Positions 49,083 through 64,000 of a DNA stretch of 64,000 bases are shown here, piece by piece. Position numbers and translations under genes: made by a program. The number at the start of each line of letters is the position of its first letter. Positions within the stretch are counted from its first letter, which is position 1. The notes under the pieces were generated by a model. It was not told where the DNA came from. It searched no databases and worked only from the letters and a program-made list of their open reading frames with translations. Source of the stretch: Callorhinchus milii (taxonomy: Eukaryota); the NCBI RefSeq assembly GCF_018977255.1, contig NW_024704742.1, positions 52,826,001 through 52,890,000 on the forward strand, given 5' to 3'.

Positions 49083-50519
49083 GTAAATAATGTAAGTAGT
49101 ACATATAGAATACAGTGTAAAGTACAGTAGATGTGCTTTGTGGGCAAACATGGGAGCCAATTTGCGCACAGCAGTGTCCTACAAACAGCCATGAACTGAG
49201 TGACCAATTTATTTGGGGATAGTTGGTCAAGATAAAAATAACTACAAAAATAAGTTAAGCTAGCTACTAAAAAGTAACTTTGTAACTATGTGAAATATGT
49301 GATAAATAAAAGTATTGTGAAATAATGAGCTTTCATGAGTGACAACTAGCCAAATCCTGAGTTATCTTTTTTACTCTAAATTGAATCATTAGAGTAACAT
49401 TTGTAGTATTGGTCAAGGAAATGCTAAATTAGCGCTAATTTAAGAAACACATAAGGAATCAATGCCAAAAACCATTTATAATCATTTGTTTTTAATACTG
49501 TAATACCGACCATACCATTCAATGTGTTTTCAGGATTTGCCTACAGCTTGTTCTGTCATCAGTGACTACAATCAAAGTCAGACAATGTACTCTAGTCGCT
49601 GGAAATCTGAGGGATTAAATAAACTAATTTATACAGTAGTAATAATATTGCTGAATGCTCCTGTAATAAAAGCAGCAGTGGTACAGTACGATTATATCAG
49701 TCATGTTACAAAGCCCAGAAAACACAGATTTTTGCAGGCATTGCAAAGTCATTCAAAATGGTTGACGGATCAACATGCAACCTTTAATAAATATGTTTGT
49801 CAGATGTTCTTTGAGGAAGATGGCCAGCCTGAAACAAATATTATCCAGCTGTAGCTGCTCAGCCAAGGATGAAGTTCTTGGCCTGATGATGGGGTACTTG
49901 GTGAACTGGCAGGAATACTGTCAAAAAGAAGACAGATGTCTCAGAATCAAATCGAAGACAGTGACGTTAATAAATTTTATGGCTTAAGAAAAGAAAAACA
50001 AGGATTTATTGCTCAAGAGGAGATTCTGCTGCAAATTTGAGGAGCTGATTCCTACATTTCTAATTCAAAAAAAAATATTTTTTGGAATCTAATATAGATG
50101 AGAATGAAAAACCCTTGTAAATTTACATGCAGTGAAACTCATTAAGTATTATTAATTGGCATGATAAAGCATTAATCTTCTTTCCTAAATATAATTGCAA
50201 TTCCAAAGCTGGCGCCCACTGTCTAGCTTTGTCATCGGCAGCACTGATGACTAGAGAATCTGCAGCTAAATCAGACGAGCCAACAAAATGGTTTGTGTAT
50301 TACAATCTCAAGATCTAGTGAGCTCAAGGTTATAATTGATTTTTTAGAATTCAGGTGAGCTTTCATAGATTTTATATCATTTGTATCACAAGATTAGGTC
50401 ACAGCCTTTCAACTCACTCAGGCTACCTGGGACTCATTGTTTCTATTTCCAGTCTCCTCATTCTTTGCTCGCAGTATGAACTCATTAATCTGTAAGTCCA
50501 AGTTCAACAACACTACGTT

Positions 50520-51578
50520 CACCCCTGACTCCAAAAGCATTAACCTTCTCGGCTGCTCGCTCCAGCCAGCTTAAGGACTCAGTGTGCAGTCTCAGCATTC
50601 TGTTCGACCCTCAGCTTTTCTTTAAGCTTTTTATACAGTCCTATCTTCCATTTCTGCAACACTGCATGTCCGTGTCCCTACTTCACCCCCAACCCAGTCA
50701 AAATCCACACCCACATCTTTGTCATCACCCGTATTTATTCTTCAATGCCCAATTCTACAGTTGACATTCAACTGTCGAAAGTTAGCTCTCATCCAGGCCT
50801 TGATGTCTGATAGACATTCTGTTAGGACAGCAGTGGTCCTGGAGTCGAGGGTGGAGGCAGAGTGATAGAGTTGGGTATCATCTGCATACATGTGGAAGTT
50901 GACCCCATGTCTGCAGATGATGTCACCAAGGACGAAGAGGAGAGGATCAAGGACAGAACCATCAGACTCTTTCCTTTGTCCTGTATCAGAAGGAAATATA
51001 TACAGAAAAATTACAAATATATCAAAACTATATAATCCATAACACTATAATAGTCTATTATAGTATGTAAAATATGTGTAAGATATTGAACCTCTTGATA
51101 CAATGCGGTAAATCCATGTCCTCTCCCAGCACCAGGCTCTGCGACCCTATCACCCTCATCCTCACCTGATCTCACTAGCTCCCTATCACACAGAGGATAC
51201 AATTCAAGATCCTGGTCCTCACCTTCAAAGCCCTCCACGGCCTCACTGCTCATTACCTCTGTGACCTCCTAACCCCCTACCAACCTGCCCGCTCCCTCCA
51301 TTCAGCGGGCTACACGTCCCCTGTCTTGCCCGCCCCATCATTGGTGGGCAGGTCTTCAGCCTCTCACCCTCTCTTGCTCACCTCCTTCAAGATCTGTCTC
51401 AAGATCCTCCTCTTTGACCGTGCCTTTGGTCACCCTCCTACCCCTATCTTCCTCTCCCACCACCCCTTCCTGATCCCAGCTACCAGCTCGGGTACAGATC
51501 CCTGACTGTCCAACCCTTGGGACATCCTCCTGACATAAAAGGCGCTATACAAATGTAATTTGTTGTTGTTGTTGTTGT
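50520..51578. mobile_element. L2 LINE fragments in alternating orientation
   Basis: + fragment about 50520-50750, - RT fragment about 50770-50960, + 3' end about 51115-51578 with (TTG)n. Confidence 0.7.
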
Positions 51579-53727
51579 AAACGTTCGGTTATTCTTGAAT
51601 ATTCTTTTCAATTTACCACCAGCTCTTATTTAAGAAACAAGTTAAAGAATACCACAAATGTTGCCCCATTATTTGAAAAATAAACATTCAATTGATAAAA
51701 AGTTATATAGATAAACATAAATGTTTGAATTTAACACTACAACAACAACAAGATTACATTTGTATAGCGCCTTCCAATTACTTATTACTTATTATACAGT
51801 ATAAACCTTTTCACAATTAACGATATATTCTCAAACATTTAATTACATGTAGCGATATATAATTTTTAATACTACATTGATTCTCAGAATGAAAATGAAA
51901 CCAGCAGGGGCAGAATTTTTATGCAGATGAGTATTTATGAAGTAATGAAATGCTCGAAGGAATGTTTTAAATGTGTGTATCAAGGCATTAAAATTCTGTA
52001 AGAGTCAATCACAGCATTGAGCCTATGATTTCAGACTGTTTAATTGTACAAGTAATCATAATCCTTGCATTTGACAAAACGTCTCAAAGCACTTCACAGC
52101 ATTTAGTGCAGAGTGTAGTAACTGTATATTTCTAAGTGAATGCGGCAGCCAATTTTGCACACAGCAGTATCTCACCACACCCATGATGTGAATGACCAAT
52201 ATTATCTGAGGATTGTTGGCCAGGACACCAGTCAAAACTCCCTTAACTTTTCAGATAGTGCTATGCGATTTTTAGTGTACACCTGAACAGACAGATGTAG
52301 CCTCAGTTTAATGTCTCATCCAAAGAACAGTATATCTGACAATAGCATTCTGCCAGCATTGCTTGTATAGATCCATGGGGAAATGGGGAAATTGGCCTTT
52401 AGTTACCAAAGACTTGGACTGTCCACTATTATTATTTGTATATTTAGCAGGCTAATACAGGATAATGTGTCTATTGCATCTCTCCCTGCTTTGTAAATTA
52501 CAGCCAGGCTGTGGTGAGGGGACAGGAATGCATAAATGGTGTATAATACATTGAAAAAGATGAGCTTTGTAAAACTACTGCAATAATTCTTTTCAGCCTT
52601 TTGATTTTTTTTTGCCTTAAGATTTATCATTAGGAAGAAACATGCATTTTACAGCCATGAACACTCATATCATTATTTTATTTTTTATAAAGTGCAAACA
52701 TAATTGTCATGCTTGGCCTTCAAAATACAGAGTCAGGAACGCTACAGTAAAATCCTGTGAAGAGCTTTCAGACGTCCTAACTATCAAATGCAAGGATTTG
52801 TATTTATTATTCTAGTCGTTCCCACCACATGCAGGATGTTGGCAAGATTACTCCCTTTAACTACCCCTATCAATATGTATAAAAAACTGAGAGGCTTTCA
52901 TTCAGAAATGGTGCTCTCACACAGTTAAATCTCGTGTCCAGCTAAGAAACAATAATAAATTGGGGAATAAAACATTTGGGTTATTTAAATTGTCAACAAT
53001 TAAAATAACCCAAAACACAGCAACAATTCAAGATGTACGTTATCAACACTTTAAAAAATACTGCCCTTCCACCTATTCATTGCTGTTAGCTAAATATTTT
53101 AGACATAAAGGATAATAATACTCTCTGCATTTGATAACGATAACGCAGTTGACCATCTTTGGAGGCTCGAATTGCACAGCCAAAATCGGAGTGTATGGCA
53201 AGTGCACAATTCCTGTTCATGTGTATGTGGGTTAACATTTGCAGGAAGCTTGCCTGGACTGCCACTGGGGGAAGATGTCATTCTCTGCCGATAAAATCAC
53301 TAGATGGAGCAACTTTGAGCACTGCACAAAGGGGAGAATGGAGGCGAGGGGATGCAGGCACGTTAGCCCTCCTGACATTTCAGGCTCCAGCTGTTTCTGT
53401 GCAGCTGTTTAGACGAGGACTTATTGTGAGCACCGACCCCACTCCCCGCGGAGATGGAGGGGGAGAGAGAGAGCAATAGAGATCAAACCCCCAAGCACAT
53501 CATCGAAAACTAAGTTTGCATCCAATACACCTTTCGTTCCCAAATTCAATCACAAATCAGGCGCATTGCAATGGCACTACGTTATGGTTAGATTTGCCTG
53601 TCGAGGCACAGTCACCGGTGTCACAGTCACTTTACACTAAGTCTCGCCAAACGCTACGAAACAACCCAGGAAAGGCGTGGTACCCAAATGCAAAAAGGAA
53701 AGGATTGTTATGGATGTGTTTGCCGGT

Positions 53728-53778
<51 letters not shown>
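53728..53778. repeat. Poly-G run (51 nt)
   Basis: Directly visible. Confidence 0.9.
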
Positions 53779-53779
<1 letters not shown>

Positions 53780-54433
53780 GCTGCGGTGTTTGCAGGATGT
53801 TCCTTTCAGGGAGTGAAAAAAATAACACTGCAGGATGTTATTAATCAACAGCAAATAACCCAATCGCTGAATAAAATCCTGCAATATTCAAAACTGGACG
53901 CTCGTGTATTTCTGTGGTTGGGGTGTGGTGTCCTATTCCAATAGCTTCCAGTTCCTGAAACACAAACGAGTGCAAACGTCAACTATGCATTGCTTATTGC
54001 GAGCATCTTATTGCTTATTAATACTCTGCATTGGAGATGGGGAGAAGGCGCCCTATTACATGCTGAGAGGTCTGGGGGGGTTGAGGGGGGGGGTTGGGGG
54101 GGCAGCTCTAACAGTGTTTGCTGTGAGTGTGTGTTGAGCACAGAGCCTGCGCTCCTCACTCCCAGCCCGGGGTCCTGTCACTCCCCACGTGGAGAGACCA
54201 GGGTGGGGGGGTGGGGGGAGAGAGGGGGGGTGGGGGTGGGGGGGGGACTGATCTGTGGTCCATATATGGAGAGTGGGATCACTCGGGAGCCTGATTCTGG
54301 CTCTCCCTCAGCACAAGCAGCAATGGAGGCTGAATAGATCCAAACCTCTGGACTGCAGAACCGGCTGCACATCACAGCCCCATTGGGGGCACATCCAATA
54401 CATTAGCCACATATATACAGATATATAGCCAAC

Positions 54434-54581
<148 letters not shown>

Positions 54582-57057
54582 ACGCCCAGCGATTCAGAAG
54601 GAGGAGGAGAAGCACAGTACCGGGGCAGTGAGTCCGGGTGTGATGTACGCTGAGGTATGGCTTTGTTACTGTTTGAGATCCCTGTGGGGAAACGCTGCAT
54701 TATTATACTGTCATCTGTCCGTCTTTTGGGCCATGGCATTTGGGACGGAGTTGGCTGGTCCAGGTCGGGCAGTGAGAGCCACGCGTGGGGTCTGATAGTA
54801 GAGGGAGACCACCAGCGATAGTAACTGGTGAAGCCATGACCACAGAGGTCCAAACTGGAAGAGGGGAGGAAAAAAAAAACACCCCAGTCGCTGAGTCTCT
54901 GAAAATCAAACGTCAGGGAAAGCAGGAATCCATCTATCACTGACACCCCCACCTCCCACCCCCCCCCCCCCCCCCCATCCCCACCCCCTCCTCCCCCCAC
55001 CCCCTCCCCAGCGATTTTATATCCATCGAAGCATCAATAATTCGTGCGTACCTCAGACTGGTGTTTTACGTGCACAGCGTTATTGTCGATGGTGGGGGTT
55101 TTTTTTTTTTTTTGCACGTTTTTGGTGCTTTTTTTTTTTCTGTTCGTTCACCTCCGGAATGAACGCGTCGTCGCTTCACGCGGAGACAGAGCCGGAGGTG
55201 CAAATCGGTGAAATCAAATGTGGTGCAGAAATCATTCCATCGCCTTCGAATGACATCGTTTGGTCAGTGATGCTTTTTTGTTGTGGTTGTGGTTGTTGTT
55301 TGATTGCAGTTGTCCAGTTTCATCGATCACTGGGGGGGACTGAAGTGGTCCCTTCTGCGCGTTGTTATTCAGGGAAAAATCTATTTCTTGTCATGGAATT
55401 TCAATCTTACCTCTCTACCCCAGAATGTGTTTGATGGAGCAGTTGCTTTTTTTTTGATATAAAAATGTAAAATACGTTTGGGTTGATATTTAACAGGGCA
55501 CTTGTGTTGTGATGCATTACCTGAGAGTCAATGTTATGTCAAAATATCTTGTAAGGCTGCAATTAATCTGCAACAGAGCCTTGTAAATCATGCAGTGTAT
55601 TCTCAGAATATCATACACATTTCTTAAGTGCAAGCGTATCATTTCTTAAATGGATGAACAAAACTTTATAGTTATGTCAGGGGAACCCAAGATGTAGATT
55701 CCCCCTCTTGATAGGAAGATGGGAAGAGAACTAAATAAGTCACTGTGTTTTAATCAGCTTTGTCCTCTACTCCAACATAAAACCTTGCATTGATGGACTT
55801 CAACGAGGTAATCATTATACCTCTTTCATTACATTAACCATGATCAGATTTCAGTGTGAATTGCCAAGAAGAACAGTATGGTTCATATTACCACATTGTT
55901 CTTTACAACTGCAATATTAATAGAAATAACAGCCTCGCATGCATACCCTGCAAAAGAAAAAACTATAATGCTTGTTAACCTTGAGGAACTGGCCATTCTT
56001 AGTATGTTAGCCTGGACACGAGAACCTAACCGAATTGGTTTTGTGGACAAACTACCTCATCAAAGAGCCAGTTCACAGGAGAAGCCATAAATGATGCAAG
56101 TACTGTATGTATAACTGTTCAAGTGAGACGACCAAGGCTATTAAGAAGCACAATGATTTTCAACACTGATTATTTTGTTAGCTCTTCCTAAAATTATGAG
56201 TTAACTGGCGACTGCTTGACAGACAATATTCTCTTTTGAAGTCCCATATTTAACAGTCTGTGGTAAGAATCTATTTGAAACATAAAACAAAATTCATTAA
56301 CAGCTTTATTGGCTGGACATTCAGCCATGCTTTATTTGCTTTTCTCCTGTTAACCTTGGAAGGCAAAGCCCTCATGGATGGGGTGGTCCTAGCTGGACAA
56401 GCAACAGGCAAGCTATGCGGTTTTAGCTGGTTAGACTCCAGCAGCACCCCAACACACACTTTGAGGTCCCTAAGCCTTGGCTCTTGCCAACCTATGTATA
56501 ATTCTTTCCAGAATTAGGTAAGCAGGATGTGTCCTTCCAGGGAGAGAGTGTGCCTTCCATTCTAACAACCTATCTGTGGGATTTCCATGTGTAGGTGGGA
56601 TGTATGGAAATCTCAGCTTGGTTTGGATACTCTTAAGCATGGTGACGGGTTTCCGCATGTGTCAGACACCTCGGCTGACCCTCCAAAAATATTTGCTTTT
56701 TTCTTTCCCCCTAAAATATTTGTGTATTAACACGATAGATTGAAAGTGAAAATCGTAATATTACACAGTGATTGTCGGAACTGTTGAAAATTATCAGATC
56801 AGAAATTCTCGTGGTTCGGCACATTGTGAGTTGAAAACTTTGATGAACGGAATTCTGCAGTACAAAACATTTTCACAAACGAATACCTTCACAGAATATC
56901 TTCACTCCATGTTGCACCAAACGGAAGCTTTTGCAGCCTCAATTTCTCAGTTTTATTCTTTCGCAAAAAGATTGGAATCTTAATCTGGGTTTACTGCATT
57001 AACCCTTTCAACGCTGTGCTTCTATTAGGAGATAATTCACCTTAAAATTTTAATTTT

Positions 57058-57262
57058 AATCCCTCCAAAAAAAACAATAATTAAAAAATTGGTCATTTTC
57101 AATCTACGACTGTTTGTGGGACATTGCTGTGCGCAATTGGCTGCCGTGTTCGCCCACAAATATACAGTCAATTCACTTTACAGTGTGTTCTGTGAAGCGC
57201 TTTGGGACATCCTCCCGACGTGAAAAGCGCTATATCAAATGCAAGGATTATTATTATTATTA
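57058..57262 (+). mobile_element. 5'-truncated SINE
   Basis: Body and tail near-identical to 48150-48361. Confidence 0.85.
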
Positions 57263-58744
57263 TATATTATTAAATTTTAGTTAGAGAGGAGGAAAACATT
57301 TTAAGTGTCTGAGGGGAATAATTTGACATACAAGAACAATAACAGCAAAATTACATTTGTAAAGCGCCTTTCACTTCAGGAAGATGTCCCAAGGCACTGA
57401 AAGTCGAGGACCAGGACTCAAGCGTGGGAGCGGAGGCGGGGGTGGGTGTTGATGGGGGGGTAGTGGGGTCAGGGTTGGGATGAGGGAGGGCAGTGGCATA
57501 GTGAGATAAAACCATGTAGCTGCTAAATCCTTATTTTAAAAAATCTGTCTTAAGAGTTATTTGAAGGAAATGTATGTGAAACAAGAACATACAATATAAG
57601 AATTATTACATGTGGATACAACATGTGGGTACAATGTGGATACACTTCATTTGTGATGTACAAAGAGTTAAAGAACACCAAGGCAATGTACCAGTACCTT
57701 GTGAAAAATTAATATGCTTGTCAAGAAGTATCCTGAAAACTGATCTTGTGCTACAAAGGTGCAGGTTGGTCTGGCCTGAGTAGATTTCAATATGTATTCT
57801 GGAGCTGCCATATGATTCATTACATGTGCCGTGAACTGTATATAGTGATGGTTAGGTCTTGCTAAAGTAGCAGAGATAATATTGGTTTATATTCCAGTGG
57901 TAAATGAAAAGATAAAGATTTTATTATATTCCAGCAGATATTGTGCATTAGATTTGTCCAAATGCATGTTAGCTTCACAGTGCCTGTACTGTATACCTAC
58001 ACAGTATTTTGTTATCTATATATTTTGTTCCCAATTGAATTCAATGTAATTCAAGGAAGCTGTCAACACGCTAAAGTAAGCTATTGTGAACTTTTTTTCT
58101 ATGTCAATCTAATCAGATACCAATATGCCTGGAGTTTGAAAAACAAAATTGTTGTAATTAATTTTAACCTGGAAGTACACTGTCAACACATTTGCAATTG
58201 GTTTAGAATGTTTGTTTACCTTTTGATGTCTCTGCCACCCAGAATGGATGGTGTGTGCAGTTTTGATTAATTACTCGATGAAGGAAAGTTCTGAATAACA
58301 GCTATTTGTGTATTTCTTTACATCTATTGACACAACATTAAAAATAGGCATTATCTTACATCTCTATTATAGATGGTGAAATTTGCTAAAATGCACTCAA
58401 TGAGCAAAATATACGTCTGTCACATGACATGTAAGTGAAACGTGCTGTACTTTGCCTGTTAAAAAGAAAAGGAATTGGATTTATTCTAAAACTGTCAAAA
58501 TAATGGCATTTTCTCACAGTTACAACACAATAATCCTTATTGGTGTGATGTGACTGGTTCACAGAAAGCTAATCCAGTTACTTTCCTTTCCTTTATTTTG
58601 AATACAAGCCACTGAATGCATGAAATTTTGGGGGGTATAGTGATATTATCAAAATTATCTATCATTTCTATATATATGGCAGTGATGTGATCCTTAAAGT
58701 AAGTGCTAAAGGTAGTCCTGTGTAGACTATGAGCACCCTGTTTA

Positions 58745-59040
58745 TAATCCTCTCATTTGATACAGCGCCTTATCACATCGTTGAGCCATCTCAAAGCGCT
58801 TCACAGAATATACTGTAAGGTGTAGTGACTGTGTATTTGTGGGTGAAACGCGGAAGCCAATTGCACACAGCAGTGTCCCACAAACAATCATGGATTGAGT
58901 GACCACATTTTTTTTGGGTGGGAAGGGATTATTACCCAGGAAAGCGATTCACCAATCAACCAACAGCCGTGTTCCTACTTATTGCTAGGTAAACAGAAGC
59001 GTGTGTGTGGAGTAAGGAGACTAGCCTAAGGTTTGCCCTT
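58745..59040 (-). mobile_element. SINE long variant, head truncated
   Basis: Contains the reverse complement of the extra segment (ctacttattgctaggtaaacaga). Confidence 0.75.
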
Positions 59041-62000
59041 GTGTATTTGCTACATAGATGAAAGAATGATTGACATGCAGGCATCATCTCACATCATATG
59101 GGAAGTAGAATTGGTTTGGTCAAGTAAAGGTTATGTACATATAATGGAATTTAGTTTGTAAACTCGTTGTGAGTGCTCCAGTCTTCATACAATAAAGTCA
59201 AGGTCCCAGTTTTGCCAGATATATTTTTCATGAAGACAACGCCACTTCAATGTTGCTTTTTCACTTTAACTTGTTCTTTTAAAAATAATTGTTTGTTGAG
59301 TAGGTTTTCTGTTTTCTTCTCATTATGCATCAGTAGATCGTTTTCTGCTCCCAAGCCTCTGCTATTGAGCTGGAGTGTAACACAGGAACATTTGTTTCCC
59401 CTCTGCGGTAAGTGTTTGGTGCCAGTGCAGTGTGATTAAGATAAAGATTGTTCTGTGTGGAGAAAACCTGTGTTCTAAACACTCCATGGGACAGAGCAAA
59501 GGAACATCAATTTATTCCATTAATGCATATTATGCTTTAATCTGTTCTCAGCACATTATCTTCAAGGCTAACCATGAGGAATAGCTGGATAAATGAAGAA
59601 CGTCATTCCTCACATTACTCTTCTGGTCTTCATGGCTAAAACAAGCAGTTCACATGAACTTATAATTCTGTTAATCATTAAAATAATGGTCCTTGTGTTG
59701 TTAATACGCTTGAATAACTTTGCCTACAAAAACTCAGCTCAAACCTAACTACTGTATCTGCAAAGATCTTTCAGGCGTTTCAATGTTATAAAATTGCTGT
59801 TAAAATGCAAGCTCTTTCTGAATAATGGCCTTTCTTAACATTACTGAGTTGTTCCTCATTGTTGGAACAATGGTTATATGATGTATATATACTATTCCTT
59901 ACACATACTAGTGTGAGAAAATCAGTGAAAGAGACAAAGGAAATAGTGGGTGAGTCTTGTGATGCACCATCCGATGTTTATCAGATTGGAATGTCTTGCA
60001 TTGCCATCAAACCCATTATTCACAACAGCCTGAATTTCTGCAGGAATATAAATCAGAATACTATATATGGGAAAATCCTTTATTATATTGTCACTTTTCA
60101 ACATAAATGGCTACTCTGCATATGCACTTTATCTTTAGATTTCTGTAACTGATGTCAAATCATCAAGGCATATGAATGGGTGTTTTTCAAACAATAAGAT
60201 CTATTTATTGTTTTTAACAATGAGACTTTAGAGAAACATTTCCTCAACCAAAAAAAAAGCTTTGAATTCAAGCCCAAAAGAGAGATAGATGGACAATATT
60301 CCATTTGTTGTACAATCCTGTCAGGCAACCACGTTTCTTGGCTTTTGATTTTTTTTTATTGTTTCCCCTTTTTCTCACCAAAATGGTCCAGGACTGACTG
60401 GGTCTGGTTGGGTCTCTCCGTAAAAAAGTGCTTTAATTGAACTCATGTACCATGTTAGTCTGTCAACCCATATTTAACTGGTGGAAGGGCATTGCAGCAT
60501 ATTTTCAAACCTTATGGAGCAGAACAAATGAAGAAAAGAAATAAAGCAATAAACATGCATAATAATAAGTTGATATGGCACCTAATCATGCTGAATTAAT
60601 AATAATCCTTGCATTTGAACTGTTTCAAAGAGCTTCACGGGGATTTTCTGTGAAGTGTGGTGACTTATAGGCAAATATCAGAAAGGTCAAAAGGAAAAGT
60701 GAAAGTGGGTACAGAGTGCAATATTAGTGAAGATTGACATTTACACGTAATAATATAATAATAATAATAGTCTTTGCATTTGATCAATGTCTTATCACGT
60801 CATTGAGATGTCTCAAAGAGCTTCACAGGATATACTGTAAAGTGGATTGACTGTGTATTTTATGGGCGAATGTACAGTGAATAGGTTGTTCATTTGGTTT
60901 GTACAATAAACACTTTGTATGTATAAAAGCTTGGTTTTGTAAGAAAACAATAATCACAAAATCTTAAATCTCTTTTAGCTATTTTTCAAATTCATTTTCA
61001 TTTCTAGGTCAGGTAGTCTATTAACTTCCTACAAATGAAATCAGTTCTGCCTCTCTATGCCCTTTTTTTTGCTTGCTCAGTTTATATGGTAATACACAGT
61101 GTGGTGGGAGGGGGTTACATGAAAAGTAAAACACACAAAGTCACGTAGAACTTGCTCAGAATCCTTCTGTCATTCAATCTTTTAGATGATTACAATTTTA
61201 AGGTTGTTTCTGAATTGATCACATTTCTGGAATCTGAAAGCTTGAGACATCTTACGCTTACAAGATAACCTTGCCCTGAATCGGTAGGGTAGTCCTAGCT
61301 GGACAAGCAACAGGATTGCTTACCCAGCAGTGCTTTCAATGGCAAGCTTTGCAGTTTTAGCTGGTACTTTACTCCAGTAGTAGGATGATTCTATTGGGAT
61401 AAAAGCAGGGGATTGGGACTAGTTGGTAGCTCTTTCAAAGAGCTGGCTCAGGCATGATGGGCCGAACGGCCAGGCTCTGTGCTGTAAAATTCTGTAAAAT
61501 TCCAAGCCTTGGCTCTTGCTAGCTATGCCTAATACTCTCTGGAATTAGGTAAGCAGGACATATTCCATTAGGGAGAGAGTGCGTGTTCCATTCCAATACA
61601 CAGGAATTTTCCATGGGATGCATCAAACTCAGTTTGGTTTGGATACTCTTAAGCATGGTGATGGGTTTTCGCAGTTTTCAGATATCCGGTCGACCAAAAA
61701 AAACGCAAGATAACTCAAATTCGGTGAATTTAGAAACACATTGTCAAAAATCATCAATTATGAGAGCAAGTGGGAAAGAAAGACTTTTTGATTAACCAGC
61801 TGTCTGACACACATGGAAACCCATGCTTAAGAGTATCCAAACCAAACAGAGAGTTCCACATATGTATGTCTCCAATGGCTGGAATTTTCTTTGGGTCTGG
61901 CTTTTTTCTAAAATCTTTTCTGAACCTCACCTTTAATTGCCTTTGTACTTATCTTAAATTTGTGTCCTCAACACTGACTCACTGACCACTGTATTTAACA

Positions 62001-64000
62001 TATGATAATCTTGAAGATCTCTATTAGGTCACTCCTTACTCTTCTCAGCTCTAACAAAAAAAAGCTTTATTTAATTTAAAAAAGGAATGGTTTCCATTAA
62101 ATAAAACCATCTACTTTCTATGAATTCATACTTATGTATATTACAATAAGGTTGTACTATGAAATTGTGGAACATAAAATAAGTTATCAGCTGCAGGTAT
62201 CATAAGTCATATGTGATTTTCAATTCATAAATGGAATGAAACACCTTTATTTGTTACGTTTTTGACACTTTCTCATTTCAGAAACCAATAATCAGATTGC
62301 AGGAAACGAGAACATTTTTCGTTTCACTTTGTTGTTTGTTTTGTTAGTTACGAATCATTCAAAGTTTGTTTTTGCCACACAAATAATTATTGGTTTCAAC
62401 TGTTAACTTCTAAACACTACATAATCATTCATATATGGATATGAATTGTGGATAATATTGGAATTTAAGGATTAGTAATAGTTTGACTAAATAATCCAGT
62501 TTCTACATGGGCAAAGTCACATGTGGCAAAGCATTTTTGTAAAGGAGAAACAGAGTTGGGGAATTGAGTGGATGAGCATCTTCTAAATTCTGTGATGTAG
62601 AACAATAAAAGTTTACAGCACAGAAGGAGGCCATTTGGCCCATGGAGTCTGCCTGGACCGGCTCCCAGAGCAAGATATTCATTCAATCTCACTGACTCCT
62701 CTAGCATCGGAAATAACTTCTCCCATATAGTCATTGGAAAGGAGAGAAGTTACAATTTTACATGTACTGTAAGATAATTATATGAAGCACATCTTTGTAC
62801 ATTCTAATCAAGCAAAAATGATCAAACTGGCACTGACTTTGCTTTCCCATGACTTCCGAGCAACTACTCTCGACTTATTTAAAAACTCATATAATATTGA
62901 TATAGTTCATATTGAATCAATTTGAACAAGCTGACGTATCAGTAAAAAAAAACCTGGTTTCAAGTATCGGATTGATTAAAGCTGCACGAGAATACACAGT
63001 GTCAGATGTCAGGCTCCAAACACTGTACCGACATTTCACTATTTAAATACAGGTGCTACAATTTCTATGACTGGGTGCCATTAGGTATTTCTTACGTCTA
63101 GGCATTTTTTTGTGTGCTGTAGTAATGTATGAAAGAGGCTCCTATTTGCCTTCTCGATGAGGACAATGCTAGTTCAGTTTGTGCTGAAACCTCTGGTAGG
63201 GAAAGCTGAAGGATATAATTGTGTGCCTGTACTCCACAGAGATGCACTTTACTGTCAGCGATAGTACCAGTTGCTAGGCTGAATGGCTCCATTTGTCTGA
63301 AAGGCATATGCAGACTTGCCTATCTGGTTCCCTGTACTCAGCATATTTTAATGTCATCAGTCAAAATGTACTGCATGAACATCAGCCTTGGAACAGATAT
63401 GTACCTCATATATGTTTCAAAAGCAAATTGTAACTGAAAAATGATTTTCTAACTCAACACCATTCTGTCAATGTTCTTTTTGCCAAACGACTAGATTGAA
63501 ATAAATGTTTTGCTTTGCTTAGGGAAAACTGAACAAAGGTGATGTAAAATTAAGAAAATTACATTTTTAAGTATTTTTTGTAAAAAAAAAGTAGCTACTG
63601 TATTAAAAAGAATCACTCTCTGTAAATAGGTATCTGTTCTCACGGGGATGTGAAATGAAGTGTTGTATCCCATGTTGTTTTAGAACCAGACAAAATGCCA
63701 GCCTCTCTGCAGTGAGAGATTATGAGTGTCACATCACATTAAAGGCTGGTGCCAGAAAAATGTGTAAGATTATCACTTTCCTATTCTACGAGGGGGCCAG
63801 TTTTCCAAAAGTTTTTTTAATATCTTCAACACATCTGCAATTTCCAAGTTTCCTCCAACTGCACCTGTTGGAGAGTTTCATCTCCATGTTATTTTCATTG
63901 AGAGAACGCCCAGAATTGTCTAAGACTTGTGGGGAAATAATTTCCCAAATGTTTCCCCATTCTTCCCTCTCACATCTGGGAGCTGCTTCTATATTATATT

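Noticed and set aside
55149..55200. cacctccgg...ccggaggtg 9-bp inverted repeat
   Set aside because: Short stem in GC-rich sequence with a poorly paired interior; plausible by chance

Overview
Vertebrate nuclear DNA, not prokaryotic. The L2/CR1 LINEs, tRNA-headed Deu-type SINEs and Penelope-type repeats suggest a cartilaginous fish, possibly a chimaera (inference). The window holds 21 GT-AG coding exons of a CEP135-family centriolar coiled-coil gene on + (118-26798; its 5' end lies outside the window). It also holds a two-exon CHST14 (dermatan 4-O-sulfotransferase 1, about 353 aa) on - (37299-44871) with a CpG-rich promoter, and a probable promoter/first exon of an unidentified + strand gene near 53.2-55.3 kb. 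The rest is transposon-rich intronic and intergenic DNA with long microsatellites, and most ORF-track entries are repeat-derived. Best leads: a tandemly duplicated, diverged 66-bp CEP135 exon; two minimal hammerhead-ribozyme motifs in CEP135 introns; a 1.56-kb element with 19-bp terminal inverted repeats and an 8-bp target-site duplication around a microsatellite; an 86-nt intronic hairpin; an intron-containing CHST14 tail-to-tail with CEP135; and an unclassified ~330-bp repeat family. Family names and comparisons to human genes are recalled from memory, not from database searches.
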